The notes below the pieces were generated by a model. It worked only from the letters and a program-made list of their open reading frames with translations. It did not search any database and was not told where the DNA came from. Both the position numbers and the translations under genes were made by a program. 64,000 nt of DNA from a virus (lineage: Duplodnaviria > Caudoviricetes), in the IMG/VR virus record IMGVR_UViG_3300015214_000026, positions 1-64,000 of that record; one strand, given 5' to 3'. Of this stretch, positions 1 to 10,476 are shown in pieces; position 1 is the stretch's first letter, and each line of letters starts with the position of its first letter.

Positions 1-1
1 A

Positions 2-412
2 TCATCAAATATCATTGATATTCTGGAAACATGGATCGCTTATCGTATCAAACTTGAGAAAAAGGCGTGTACTTACTGGATTGATAAGCGGCAAAAAGAA
101 ATCGATTACCTCAATCTTATGAGGTTAGCGGTCAAAAATCGTAAGTTTATCATTCAAGCATTGGATAAACCATTTGATGACGAAAAATTGGCTGCGTATA
201 TAGCGAAGAACTTGAAAATTACAGTAGACCAAGCAAATATTATCCTTGATTTGAAGGTTAGGTCGTTGAAAGCTTTGGAGGATAAAAAACTAATTAAGAA
301 GATAAAGGAACTAAAAGAGGAAATAAGTGGATACAAAACTAGAATTGCAAAACCTAGAGCTTTCATAGCTAAACAAGTCAAGGAACTATACCAAGAGTTC
401 AAAAACGTTTGA
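2..412 (+). CDS. Type II topoisomerase (GyrA/ParC-like) subunit A, C-terminal part, truncated by the window start
   Basis: Frame is open from base 2. ...YRIKLEKK...QANIILDLKVRSLKALE resembles the QAxAILD(L/M)RLxxL(T)xLE motif of GyrA/ParC. Confidence 0.7.
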   Translation, partial: SSNIIDILETWIAYRIKLEKKACTYWIDKRQKEIDYLNLMRLAVKNRKFIIQALDKPFDDEKLAAYIAKNLKITVDQANIILDLKVRSLKALEDKKLIKKIKELKEEISGYKTRIAKPRAFIAKQVKELYQEFKNV

Positions 413-445
413 AATAGTAGACAGCTTGACTGTCTGGTAACGTAG

Positions 446-474
446 TTGACTGATTATTGTAGACGTGGTATACT
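446..474 (+). promoter_or_regulatory. Sigma70-type promoter
   Basis: TTGACT-17nt-TATACT with TG extended -10, upstream of ORF 564. Confidence 0.7.
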
Positions 475-563
475 ATATTTAACTCATGGTAAATATGAGT
501 TGAGTAACCCAAATCAAAAGGGTACGTGTTAAAACCAAACCCTTTATAAGAAAGGAAATTAAA

Positions 564-1445
564 ATGCGTGAATCTGTAATCTTTATTCCGTCCCTTGGTA
601 TCATTACCGAGATTGATTATATTAATATGCCCATCACTCTTGCATATTCCGCGCGGAACGTGTATAAGTTGGTTCGTGATACGGCTAATATTTTCACGTC
701 TCGTGAAATGCTGGTTCAGCGTACTATTGAAATTGATTCCAAGGCTATCATTACGTTGAGCCATAGTGCTGGAATGATTCAGCCTTCTGCTGAGGCTCTC
801 GCAGATTACCATAATCGAGTGGAGAATGCCCTGTCGAAGCTGGATGACGATGAAGCTCCTAAGAAGCGTCGTAAGAAGCGCGATGAAGAAGATGATATTT
901 CGGCAGAGGCTAATATTGAAGCTCTTACTTCTCCTATGGTTCATGAGATTGTTGTTTCAAGGACTGTTCTGGATCAGGAACCTACGCCTATTCAGATGAC
1001 CAAGCCGTTTCAGGTACTTGCGGAGAAGCATGAAGAAACCCTTCTTACTAATCTTAGCCGTCTGGCTAGGCATGTAGCTCTTCGTGGAGAAGCTCTCCAG
1101 CACCTTAGGGCACCGTCGTCGGAAGACGTTGAATCGGCTGTTAGTGATCTTCTGCCGGACATTGGGGAATCTTCGATTGAAGCTATCAATCGTTCTGGTC
1201 TCGCTAACTACGAAGAAAAGCTCCGTCGCGATGTTTCTGAACAGGAAACTCGAATCCATAAGATTTATGATTGGTTCGAGGAAAAGGTGATCGACCGCTA
1301 TAATAATAAGTCCAATGTAATGTCGGGCGTATTCACCGAAGAAGAAAAGACTATTGCGGAAGTCACTATTTCGCGACAGGAACTTCTTACTAGCCTGTTT
1401 AAGGACGAAATCATCTTTCTTAATAAGACTACTTCGAAGAAGTAA
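564..1445 (+). CDS. Hypothetical protein
   Basis: 293-aa ORF with strong RBS (GAAAGGA), its own promoter and a terminator. Confidence 0.8.
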   Translation: MRESVIFIPSLGIITEIDYINMPITLAYSARNVYKLVRDTANIFTSREMLVQRTIEIDSKAIITLSHSAGMIQPSAEALADYHNRVENALSKLDDDEAPKKRRKKRDEEDDISAEANIEALTSPMVHEIVVSRTVLDQEPTPIQMTKPFQVLAEKHEETLLTNLSRLARHVALRGEALQHLRAPSSEDVESAVSDLLPDIGESSIEAINRSGLANYEEKLRRDVSEQETRIHKIYDWFEEKVIDRYNNKSNVMSGVFTEEEKTIAEVTISRQELLTSLFKDEIIFLNKTTSKK

Positions 1446-1469
1446 AGTATTCTTTAAATACCTCTCTTA

Positions 1470-1508
1470 AAACCCGGTGTGTGCGTAATACACCGGGTTT
1501 ATTTTTAT
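1470..1508 (+). terminator. Rho-independent terminator
   Basis: AAACCCGGTGT/ACACCGGGTTT stem followed by a T-rich tail. Confidence 0.75.
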
Positions 1509-1529
1509 CTATATTTATAGGTTTTTAAG

Positions 1530-2123
1530 ATGGATATCGCTAAAGCAGAAAATGCTATTAAAGAATTTCTTGAAGCTTTGGATCAAGATCTTGATGACCC
1601 AAATTTAAAGAATACTCCTAAACGCGTGACAAAAATGTTCTGCGAGGAATTACTTACTAGCAAACCTTTTGAAGTAGCTACATTTGATACTGCTGTTGGT
1701 TCTCAATTTGTTTCTGTGTTTGATATAAATGTTACGTCTATGTGTTCCCACCATCTTCAAGCCATTACTGGTAGGGCGCACATAGGTACTTTTTATATCG
1801 CTGATGATAAAAATAGAGTTAAATTACCAGGCTTGTCTAAATACGCTCGTGTAGTTGACATGTTTGCGCGTAAGCTTCAGTTACAAGAACGTCTTACTTT
1901 CCAAATTTGTGAATTTATATTTGATAATTTTGGCGCAGATTTTGTATATGTCCACCTTGATTGTAAGCACGGTTGTATGGCACACCGCGGTATAAAGGAT
2001 GTAAATTCTAATACTACAACCACGCATTTAAAAACTTCTGAAAGATATCACTCTGGTAACTACGAGGCTAGATCGATGATATCGGATTTTTATCATCAGT
2101 TAAATGTACGTATTAGGACGTAG
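1530..2123 (+). CDS. folE: GTP cyclohydrolase I
   Basis: TPKRV, SMCSHH, GLSKYARVVDMFARKLQLQERLT and HGCMAHRG motifs. Confidence 0.95.
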   Translation: MDIAKAENAIKEFLEALDQDLDDPNLKNTPKRVTKMFCEELLTSKPFEVATFDTAVGSQFVSVFDINVTSMCSHHLQAITGRAHIGTFYIADDKNRVKLPGLSKYARVVDMFARKLQLQERLTFQICEFIFDNFGADFVYVHLDCKHGCMAHRGIKDVNSNTTTTHLKTSERYHSGNYEARSMISDFYHQLNVRIRT

Positions 2124-2125
2124 TT

Positions 2126-3778
2126 ATGAAAACAAAAACTGCTGATAGAGTTTTAGGTGAGCCTTTTGTGTATAAAAAACACAAGATGACTAAAGCTTAT
2201 GGTGATATGCGGTTTAGATTCTATAGCTGTGGGCATACTCCTGATGAACACAATCAGATAATTTATGTAAAATATAAGCCCATGGCTAATCAGACCGTAG
2301 ATAGCCAAGCTATAATTCTATCATCAGACATAGACCATGTTCACTTTGATTTACCAGATAGAGAACTTCTTATTACGAAGAATAATTTCGTAATAGGTGG
2401 TTCTAGGCCGTTAAATAAACCTAATAAAGAAGGATGGCATAAGGCGGTATCCCTTACACCAATGACGTCGGTTGCGGATGATTGGCCTTTTGATAGGTTT
2501 ATGATAAACCCGCATGCATATACTGATAATACAGAACCAAAAATTAGAGATACTAGAACACAATATACATCAGATAAAGTGTGTATTGCGGATAGTTCGG
2601 CCTTCCAATTAGGTCATGGTCATTTACAATTTATCGATCCCGATACTTTATGTGGCTTTTATGATAGAAATGCGGATGAAGGTGTAGTATTAGATATTCC
2701 TACTAGGCATCTATCGGATAAGATATCTATTCTAAAGCATACAGCTAAACTTCAAAATCTTAATACCAAATATATGAAGAAACGTATGTTTGATTATCAT
2801 GGTAGAAAGGATTTTCGTTTTGCTACTGTGTTTCATGGCTTATCTATGCCATCGTTGGAATTTTTTCGTAATAAAATTGAAGAATTTGATGACGATTTCC
2901 CTATAGTATGTATATCGGGCGCTATGAGATTCAATGTTCTTGAATCTATACATAGAATGCTTAAAATCATACTCAAAGGTAAGCAATACCCACAATATCA
3001 TCTTCTTGGAGTAGGGCATCCAGTTCTTCTGTCGTTGGTTATATGGTTATCGTATTTGCTGAAGCGTTCAGAGAAAGATATTCTTATCACTTCTGACGCC
3101 TCTTCTGCTATTATGTTGTCTGCTGCTCATACATACTATTCACAAAATGTGTATCATGAAGGGTTAAACCTTACTAGGTTTGGTTTAAAGATGGATACCA
3201 ATAAGGATGCTCCATCTGGTAATACGCCTAATTCATATAGGCGTATAATGACTATAGACCCTATATCGGAAATAGTGGGTGGATATCAGGATATTATTTC
3301 TGGTTATAATATTGCGGCTACTAGAACATACATTAAATATGTAAATATGCTATCTATGCATAGATATTTTAATATGATGTGCTTATACGCGGATACTTTG
3401 GACCATAAAGGGTATAAAGAACTTATTATTGAGCAATATAAAAAATCTACACATGTTCAATTAATGTCAGTTACTATGGATTATCTTCAAATGGTATTTG
3501 AAGGCGGGATGACTGATAAAGCTGTAGATAGAGCTTATAATAAATATAAATTCTATATGCCAACATTTTCTGGTGAAGCCACTTTACATAAATTTCCTGC
3601 TATTCAAGAGGAAGAAGAACAAGATCAATTTTTATTAAAGAAACGAGCATTTGTTAAGAAGCATCTAATTACTGTGATTAATAACTATTATGAGTTTCAT
3701 AGATCAGGTAAACGTCCTAAATCTTTTGTTAATCTAGAGAAAAAAGAGTTTGATTTATCAAACGCTATGAGGAAATAG
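2126..3778 (+). CDS. TGT-superfamily transglycosylase, probably DpdA-like 7-deazaguanine DNA insertase
   Basis: ADSSAFQ (cf. DSGGFQ), VLDIP, TVFHG, YHLLGVG and SDASS in TGT order; adjacent to folE. Confidence 0.75.
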   Translation: MKTKTADRVLGEPFVYKKHKMTKAYGDMRFRFYSCGHTPDEHNQIIYVKYKPMANQTVDSQAIILSSDIDHVHFDLPDRELLITKNNFVIGGSRPLNKPNKEGWHKAVSLTPMTSVADDWPFDRFMINPHAYTDNTEPKIRDTRTQYTSDKVCIADSSAFQLGHGHLQFIDPDTLCGFYDRNADEGVVLDIPTRHLSDKISILKHTAKLQNLNTKYMKKRMFDYHGRKDFRFATVFHGLSMPSLEFFRNKIEEFDDDFPIVCISGAMRFNVLESIHRMLKIILKGKQYPQYHLLGVGHPVLLSLVIWLSYLLKRSEKDILITSDASSAIMLSAAHTYYSQNVYHEGLNLTRFGLKMDTNKDAPSGNTPNSYRRIMTIDPISEIVGGYQDIISGYNIAATRTYIKYVNMLSMHRYFNMMCLYADTLDHKGYKELIIEQYKKSTHVQLMSVTMDYLQMVFEGGMTDKAVDRAYNKYKFYMPTFSGEATLHKFPAIQEEEEQDQFLLKKRAFVKKHLITVINNYYEFHRSGKRPKSFVNLEKKEFDLSNAMRK

Positions 3779-3781
3779 TTT

Positions 3782-4117
3782 ATGCACAGGGATATTATAG
3801 AAGCTAGAAGAAAGATTAGAGCGTATGAGTCTGCGCTTAGAAGGACTTTACGTAGACTTCAAGAAACTTGTACACATGAGATAGCCTATCACGTAGAAGG
3901 TAGGTCAAGCGAATACTTTGGGCGGTCTCCTTCTGTAAGAATGTGCTGTAATTGCTGTTATGAAGAGCATTCACCTTGGGGATCTGCTACTATGTGGCCA
4001 AGTGGAGGTCTGTCTGATAGATTCGGCAACAAAGCTACGTATTCAAGAAAATCATTATTAGGTAATAGTGCTATTAAAGTAATATCTAAAGATAGATATT
4101 TAAAAATTAGGCCATAG
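3782..4117 (+). CDS. Hypothetical Cys-rich protein
   Basis: Tightly packed ORF with CxH and CCxCC. Confidence 0.65.
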   Translation: MHRDIIEARRKIRAYESALRRTLRRLQETCTHEIAYHVEGRSSEYFGRSPSVRMCCNCCYEEHSPWGSATMWPSGGLSDRFGNKATYSRKSLLGNSAIKVISKDRYLKIRP

Positions 4118-4119
4118 TT

Positions 4120-4371
4120 ATGGAATCAGATAAAGAATTAGCTGAGATTCTTGAAATAGCTAGAGGTTGTGGAGTAACTATTCATGTCCGTGGTACAGAT
4201 CAACGACCAGTTGTAGAGCTGTTATCCAAACAAAATAGAAGAGTAGGTAATAGAATTGTTGTTGGTGGTATAGAATTAAAACAGCGTTACGCTAGATTAT
4301 GCACTAATGAAGGCTGGAAGAATACTATTGGTATGAGTTTAGGAAAATTTAAGCACGGGAGATACCGATGA
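4120..4371 (+). CDS. Hypothetical protein
   Basis: Packed ORF in operon. Confidence 0.6.
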   Translation: MESDKELAEILEIARGCGVTIHVRGTDQRPVVELLSKQNRRVGNRIVVGGIELKQRYARLCTNEGWKNTIGMSLGKFKHGRYR

Positions 4372-4682
4372 AAAGATTTTGTAAATTAAATGTATTGCTA
4401 CTAATAGACAGATTTATTACCGATGATACCGAACGTAGTAACCTTCGTACTGCTATTGCTAATGAACTAGAAACCTCTATCTCTGCTGAAAATAGAGGTA
4501 TAGATGAAGCTATAAAATTTGTTAGGAATCGATGCGATACGTATATAGAAGAACATGGTATTTGGGACCCATCTACAGGGGTGGTAGAATTTCGTGGCGA
4601 TGGTGAGGAATACGTTGCTGAATTAGAAGAAATAATGGAGGGTTTGGAAACTCTTAAATTCAAAGCTAAAATTGAAGGTTAA
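4368..4682 (+). CDS. Hypothetical protein
   Basis: ATGA overlap with the upstream ORF. Confidence 0.65.
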   Translation: MKRFCKLNVLLLIDRFITDDTERSNLRTAIANELETSISAENRGIDEAIKFVRNRCDTYIEEHGIWDPSTGVVEFRGDGEEYVAELEEIMEGLETLKFKAKIEG

Positions 4683-4711
4683 TTCTATATGGACACATAG
4701 AGGATTTTCCT

Positions 4712-5266
4712 ATGACCTTCAAATACGCCATTAAACCATTTTTTAAAGTACCTAAACGAATGCGTAAGGAACCAACCCTTACCATTCGTGATATAAATAA
4801 GTACGTACCAAATGAGACGAAATTAAAATCTCGTCTTGTAGGTATTGAACAGGCGTATGAAGGTAATACTCCTAAATTTTTAGAGGGCTGGACTACTTAT
4901 CGATTTCAGACACGTAATAGCGAAAATGGGCACCAATACCGTTTAGCTATTTTTTCGCCTACCCCTAGAGTCCGTCTTAATACGAAAGTAGTAATCGATG
5001 ACCAATGCCCAGTATATATCTTTATGTATGAATATGCCATGGCGAAAAGGGGAAATGCGTACATCTTTCGCTCTAATGGCGACGCCCCTATACGCACTAA
5101 CCCTTCTCTACGTCCAGGCGTTAGTCATCACGCCTACCGTTGTCTTCAATACTTGGTCAAATTTACAGATGAAACGGGATTAAAGGTTTCAAGGAAGCGT
5201 TCTGATAGAGAAACAGAGGATTTATATCGTGAAGCTAATAAACTGGCTTCGAGGCGGCGTAGATGA
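4712..5266 (+). CDS. Hypothetical basic protein
   Basis: 184-aa ORF with RBS GAGGA and a TTAATTCTA motif upstream. Confidence 0.7.
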   Translation: MTFKYAIKPFFKVPKRMRKEPTLTIRDINKYVPNETKLKSRLVGIEQAYEGNTPKFLEGWTTYRFQTRNSENGHQYRLAIFSPTPRVRLNTKVVIDDQCPVYIFMYEYAMAKRGNAYIFRSNGDAPIRTNPSLRPGVSHHAYRCLQYLVKFTDETGLKVSRKRSDRETEDLYREANKLASRRRR

Positions 5267-5874
5267 TCTATATAGGCGCTGATCCTGGCACGGCCAACTA
5301 CGCCTATTCTGTTATAGAATGTAAGCGTACATCTATAAATATACTTGAAATAGGTATGGTTCAAGCCACTATTACAAATTTAACTAAAAATCATGCTAAG
5401 CCACCTAAATCTAAAAGAAAAAAGAAGCAGCCGATAATTCTTATACCGCCTTTTGATACACAATTTAAAGAATATAAAACCACTTGGGATATTCTTATAG
5501 AAGAATTTAAACCTGTTAAAATAACTGTTGAGAGGTTTCAATCTAGAGGATATCAGGGTTCTCAAGTTATCGAAGCGGTTAGCATGATGAATGGAATTTT
5601 ATCTGCTTTAGCCTATGCTTCAAATGTAGAATATGAAAATCATATAGCAGGAACTTGGAAAAATAATTTAAATAAATATCTTTCTAATAATCCACAGTTA
5701 AATTTATCGCATTTAGAAGAAATATATGAATCTTGTAATGCTATCCCTAATCACGTTGTAGATAGTATTTTTATAAATCTTTATGGTATGCTTCGTCATA
5801 AATCGAAGGCGTGGTCTGATTTGAATCTTGTCAAGCTTATTAAAGATATACAAAAATATGAATACATAAAATAG
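5263..5874 (+). CDS. RuvC-like Holliday junction resolvase
   Basis: IYIGADPGTANYAYS, VERFQSRG and HVVDS catalytic motifs. Confidence 0.8.
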   Translation: MIYIGADPGTANYAYSVIECKRTSINILEIGMVQATITNLTKNHAKPPKSKRKKKQPIILIPPFDTQFKEYKTTWDILIEEFKPVKITVERFQSRGYQGSQVIEAVSMMNGILSALAYASNVEYENHIAGTWKNNLNKYLSNNPQLNLSHLEEIYESCNAIPNHVVDSIFINLYGMLRHKSKAWSDLNLVKLIKDIQKYEYIK

Positions 5875-5883
5875 GCAACAACA

Positions 5884-6486
5884 ATGACAAGTTTCAAATG
5901 TCCTCATAATGAATCAGTTCATATATTAAAATCTTGTCCGATAGTGGAATGCCCGTTCCACTATAATAAAGTATCTATATTCTTTAAAATAGATAAGCAA
6001 GAAACTAACTGCGTTTATTATGATTCAGATATAATGTCCAATGTATCAGATAATCGCACGCAAATATCTGCACTATCAAGGGATAGCCGTAGAACAGTAT
6101 CGCCAAAAGCGATTAAAGAATCATATGACGATGCTTTGGCTTATATAAAAACAAAGATTCATCTTATACATGATATATCTTCTAATAAGCACGCGTGTAA
6201 ATCCTGTGGGATACAGTTAAATACAAAGGCTGAAACATGCGTTAGTGTATCTGCTTGCTCGTCTAGGCGAGAATGGATTAAATATATAGCATCTTTATAC
6301 GGAGTAGAAGATAACCAATCTACCAAACAATTAATTTGGGAATTGCTTTTCAAGGATAAGATACATTTGGAGGAACAAGCTAAGCAATTAGGTTATTCGT
6401 TATGTCCGTCAAGATTATTATCTGATTATATAAAAGATAAAATGGCGAAATATGAAAATGAAAAATTATCCACGGTAAATAAATAG
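5884..6486 (+). CDS. Hypothetical Zn-binding protein
   Basis: Multiple Cys clusters (CPH, CPIVECPFH, CKSC). Confidence 0.7.
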   Translation: MTSFKCPHNESVHILKSCPIVECPFHYNKVSIFFKIDKQETNCVYYDSDIMSNVSDNRTQISALSRDSRRTVSPKAIKESYDDALAYIKTKIHLIHDISSNKHACKSCGIQLNTKAETCVSVSACSSRREWIKYIASLYGVEDNQSTKQLIWELLFKDKIHLEEQAKQLGYSLCPSRLLSDYIKDKMAKYENEKLSTVNK

Positions 6487-6551
6487 TGTACCCCGACAAT
6501 AAATCGGCTCGATATTTAAAACACTATAAACACATATAAGGATAATAAATA

Positions 6552-7238
6552 ATGAGTAATAATACGCCTGTCACTCCATTAAATATGGAACAGATTCGAG
6601 AAATTGCGGAAAAAGATGGCGCTCTGTGGGTTATTAACTACACTGATCGAGGTATGCAGCGTAATCGTGGTAATCTCCATGTTTCATTCGTAGATGAAAC
6701 TGGAGCTTCACACGGTATTGTGTTTCCTAACACTTGGATTCCTATTGACGCTGCTACGTATGCTTCGTCTAAGCAATTGATTAAATCACAAACCTTTCTC
6801 GCGGCTATTCGTAATACCGATCTAATTTGTATTAGTGCCCAGGAAGCTAAGGGGTTACTCGCATTACCTAATGCGAAAGCTGAGATTGAAAATGTAGCAA
6901 AAAAGTACGCTAATATTGCGGGTGTAGTTTCAGCCTCTCCTGATAAGATTAATATTTTTAGCGGTGATACGGGAGCAGCTCCCGCTCCAGATTTTTCTCT
7001 GCCTACAGAGGAAGCGAATACTTCACCAACCGATGCTTCATTAGTCAATATTATTGACATGTTTAATGACCGTAATATTAGTGACGGAGAAGCGGCTTCT
7101 AGAATCAAAGGTTTAACCCCTAAGCCTTCTGAAACTGCGCTTATTAAAGTAATGTCAAATATAAACGTCACTACATCGGAAACGTATAAGGCAATTACTT
7201 ATATCCTTAATGGTGAAGACGCTTATACTGGAGCTTAA
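6552..7238 (+). CDS. Hypothetical protein
   Basis: 228-aa ORF with RBS AAGGA, preceded by the GTAAATAAATAGTGTA motif. Confidence 0.75.
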   Translation: MSNNTPVTPLNMEQIREIAEKDGALWVINYTDRGMQRNRGNLHVSFVDETGASHGIVFPNTWIPIDAATYASSKQLIKSQTFLAAIRNTDLICISAQEAKGLLALPNAKAEIENVAKKYANIAGVVSASPDKINIFSGDTGAAPAPDFSLPTEEANTSPTDASLVNIIDMFNDRNISDGEAASRIKGLTPKPSETALIKVMSNINVTTSETYKAITYILNGEDAYTGA

Positions 7239-7368
7239 AAAATTCGCTCTCCGATTAATAGTGTATGGCGATCCACTTTAATTGTAGAGAGCGAATAGGC
7301 TGGTAGCGTTTGGTCCGTGGTGGCGCTACCAGCCACTTATCCTATTGAAATAACATGGAAAATAACCG

Positions 7369-7397
7369 TTGACTGTTAATACGTAGTATGATATACT
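7369..7397 (+). promoter_or_regulatory. Sigma70-type promoter
   Basis: TTGACT-17nt-TATACT with extended -10. Confidence 0.7.
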
Positions 7398-7503
7398 AGA
7401 ATAGTATGGTATTATGTAGCGGGAGGCTATTATTTATTAGAAGGTGAATTTTTAATTTCACCTTCTTTTTGTATTTAAGCCAGGGCTATAAAACGGTGAA
7501 AGG

Positions 7504-8877
7504 GTGGCTATGTCCGACTTAGTTATTTCCAGAAAACTATCAAAATACGATCGCAAAGTTTTTAAAAAATTACAAGATTTGGGAAAAGTCAAAGAGCGGT
7601 TTGTAATCCCCGAAGAAAAAGTTGAAACCAAATCTTCTAATGAACCTTCCTTTAAGCAAGAGATAGAACAAACAGTTGCTAGGGATGAAAAAGCCATTAA
7701 ACTAATGGATATGGCTGTACAACATGTTAGAGTTTATGATTCTAAAGAAACAGCTGTAGAACTTATGAACAGAGCCTATAAGGCTTGTACTTCTATCTAT
7801 AATAGAAGACTTATCTCTACTTCCACTAGAAGTTTGAAAGAAGCTATTAAAGCTGAAAAGTGGATGCAATCAAAGAAGCGACGTAAGCATGTCGATAAAT
7901 TGACTGTAGAGAAAAATGTGACTACGTTTTTTGAAAAATTGAACGATGCTGTAATCTCTATTAAAGTTGAAATAGAGAAGCGTACGAATAAATTATTTAA
8001 TCGTGTTAAAACAGAATACGCGGTTGACCTTCCTATAGAACTCCCTGAATCAAAATCTTATACTATAACTAAGGCGAATATAGTAGCGCATTGCGCTAAT
8101 AAACCTTCGGTTAAACACTTACGCTTAGAATCTAACCTTTTTCTTATAGAGAACGCCACAATTATAGGTATTAATATAAGGAAAACCAATTCCTCTTATA
8201 TTAAAGCAGAAGCTGTAGCGGAAAAACGCGGTTGTACCGTTTATGATAAAATCCTATCTAGACCTTCTAAAAATATACACTGGTATCTACTTCTTAATTT
8301 TAACTCAAAAGTTACCTATGCAACATTCTCTGATTCTCTTCAAGTTTCAGATGCTGTAGAAGGTGATTTCAATTCATATGATGAATATGTTCGTATTAAA
8401 GAAGCAAAAGATAAATTAAAAGAACAGCTTAAAACACGACGTCTTTTAGAATATAGAAAGAAGTTTGAAGAAGAGAATAAACCTCTTTATGAAGATATAA
8501 AGCAACTTCAAATTGACTTATCGAATCTCATAGATTTACGATCCAGAATGCAGGAAGAATTGGAAGGTCTAACTACATTCGATGAAGAAAGTAAAGGTAT
8601 AAATACAAAGAATATATCTAAATTAGATCAATTTGCTAAAGAATTTAGAGATCGTAAGCATTATAATGAAGGTATAGAATATACTGAAGCGGTTAAACTA
8701 TCACTCAAACAAAAAATTGCGGCTAAAACCCTTCATTATGATTTGAAAGATTTGAATCAGCAAATAAGCGTAATCCGATCTAAAATAAAGTTCTTGGAAG
8801 AAGATAAGAAGAAGCGTCGTACTAATTATGCGCTGGAGCTTGGTTTAGTATCTATGACAAAGATAGCTGACATATAA
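7504..8877 (+). CDS. Hypothetical coiled-coil protein
   Basis: 457-aa Lys/Glu-rich ORF. Confidence 0.75.
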   Translation: MAMSDLVISRKLSKYDRKVFKKLQDLGKVKERFVIPEEKVETKSSNEPSFKQEIEQTVARDEKAIKLMDMAVQHVRVYDSKETAVELMNRAYKACTSIYNRRLISTSTRSLKEAIKAEKWMQSKKRRKHVDKLTVEKNVTTFFEKLNDAVISIKVEIEKRTNKLFNRVKTEYAVDLPIELPESKSYTITKANIVAHCANKPSVKHLRLESNLFLIENATIIGINIRKTNSSYIKAEAVAEKRGCTVYDKILSRPSKNIHWYLLLNFNSKVTYATFSDSLQVSDAVEGDFNSYDEYVRIKEAKDKLKEQLKTRRLLEYRKKFEEENKPLYEDIKQLQIDLSNLIDLRSRMQEELEGLTTFDEESKGINTKNISKLDQFAKEFRDRKHYNEGIEYTEAVKLSLKQKIAAKTLHYDLKDLNQQISVIRSKIKFLEEDKKKRRTNYALELGLVSMTKIADI

Positions 8878-8929
8878 TAGCGCATTACTAGGGAGGAAAC
8901 GTTTGTAGTATACGCCTACTAGTGTCGAT

Positions 8930-8958
8930 TTGACATATCCTCATACTTATGGTATACT
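8930..8958 (+). promoter_or_regulatory. Sigma70-type promoter
   Basis: TTGACA-17nt-TATACT with extended -10; flanked by AAACGTTTG motifs. Confidence 0.75.
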
Positions 8959-9024
8959 GGATTGGTTCGAAGTAGGTTGTATACTTCAAACGTTTGTGAA
9001 CAATTGGTGAAAGGATGAAGTGAC

Positions 9025-10449
9025 ATGGCGAAGAAGAAAGTAGTGAAGACGTTGCAGGATTTGGCGGAAATCAAAGAAAATGAAACGTCGGAAAATATGC
9101 AACTTGAGAATGATAGCGTGATGCTATCGTATTCTGATATAAAGAATACGAAGGTTGTTGATCTTGAGGATCGCATAATCGATGAATCTCACAGTATTAA
9201 ACAGGTAAACGAGAATGAAGATGGTCCGACTTACGATTCCGCTTCTCGGGAAGAAATTGAATCTATAATAGACGGTTTAGAGATATCATCTTCTGATGAC
9301 ATGGACACCGTAGTAGGCCAAGTTTTGGAAGATTTGGAAAATATTGATCCGGCAGATCAGCTTGAGATTCTGGATGAAGCTATCACTACCATCCTTCAAT
9401 CAGAAGAAAAATCTGGACAAGTTATAATCGATGTTTCTGCAACAGAAACATCATCAACGGACGTTTATATTCCCGGTGAACCTGAGCCTATGAAGCGAGA
9501 AGTAATTCTCGAAGAACTAAAGTCTCTGTATTCGCTTCTTCGCACTCCATATGTTTCTCAATCTTGGGATAGTATGGATACCCCTTTGTTATATGATCTT
9601 CTTACCATTGTTAGAAAAGATGCGGGTGGTTCTTTGGAAGCCGCCTCGCTCATTCAGCAAACAAAGGAAGATTTTGAAGTTTCGATTTCATCTGAAATGA
9701 TGAAGTCTAGGTTGAAAATCGCCGATCAAAAAGCTGTAGATTACGCTAAGATTGTTCAACGTATGTCAGCTATGCTGGGCTCCGACGTAGTAATTAACGG
9801 CGCTCGAACCAAAGAGTATCATGAAATGGTTCGAGAATATGTGAAGTACATTGTTACTCTCACACAAAAAATCAATTCTATCGCCCAATTCTTCAATATC
9901 ACTATTCCTGTAGAAGAAGAATTTCCAAACGGTCCACATATTCCTGTTGTGGATGAAATGCCGTGTTCTCCAATTAATGCCATCTACATTCTTAATGTAG
10001 TTATGGCGACTATGGATCGAACGGTTACTTCTTCTAAATTCGCAAAAGAATCGCTTGAAAGAGCGAATAATAGAATTGAATATCTTGAAGGTCAATTACG
10101 GGTTGCCCGTGAACGTATTGACGATCTCCAGCGATCTGCGACTAAAGCGGCCGAAGAAACTCAACGGTTGATAGGTAATTCGTCGTACTGGATTGTTAAA
10201 GACCAGCATAATCGTATTCTACAGAAGATTGATCCTGATAAGCCATTGGAAACCCCGGCAGATCTTGATCTTCATGGAACCATCGATACGGCTCTGTTTA
10301 TTACAACTGCTAGATCCGCAGAGATTTTGGTAGAACGTTTGTCTAGGTCTCGTAGATTCCGTAAATACAATCTAAATTCTTATAGAGTATCCATCGTACA
10401 GCAAACCTTCAATGAGCGTCCTAAAGAAGAAGCGGAAGAAGAGCTTTAA
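9025..10449 (+). CDS. Hypothetical acidic coiled-coil protein
   Basis: 474-aa ORF with RBS. Confidence 0.8.
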   Translation: MAKKKVVKTLQDLAEIKENETSENMQLENDSVMLSYSDIKNTKVVDLEDRIIDESHSIKQVNENEDGPTYDSASREEIESIIDGLEISSSDDMDTVVGQVLEDLENIDPADQLEILDEAITTILQSEEKSGQVIIDVSATETSSTDVYIPGEPEPMKREVILEELKSLYSLLRTPYVSQSWDSMDTPLLYDLLTIVRKDAGGSLEAASLIQQTKEDFEVSISSEMMKSRLKIADQKAVDYAKIVQRMSAMLGSDVVINGARTKEYHEMVREYVKYIVTLTQKINSIAQFFNITIPVEEEFPNGPHIPVVDEMPCSPINAIYILNVVMATMDRTVTSSKFAKESLERANNRIEYLEGQLRVARERIDDLQRSATKAAEETQRLIGNSSYWIVKDQHNRILQKIDPDKPLETPADLDLHGTIDTALFITTARSAEILVERLSRSRRFRKYNLNSYRVSIVQQTFNERPKEEAEEEL

Positions 10450-10476
10450 AGGGTCTTATAGAAGGGAGTAAGTATT

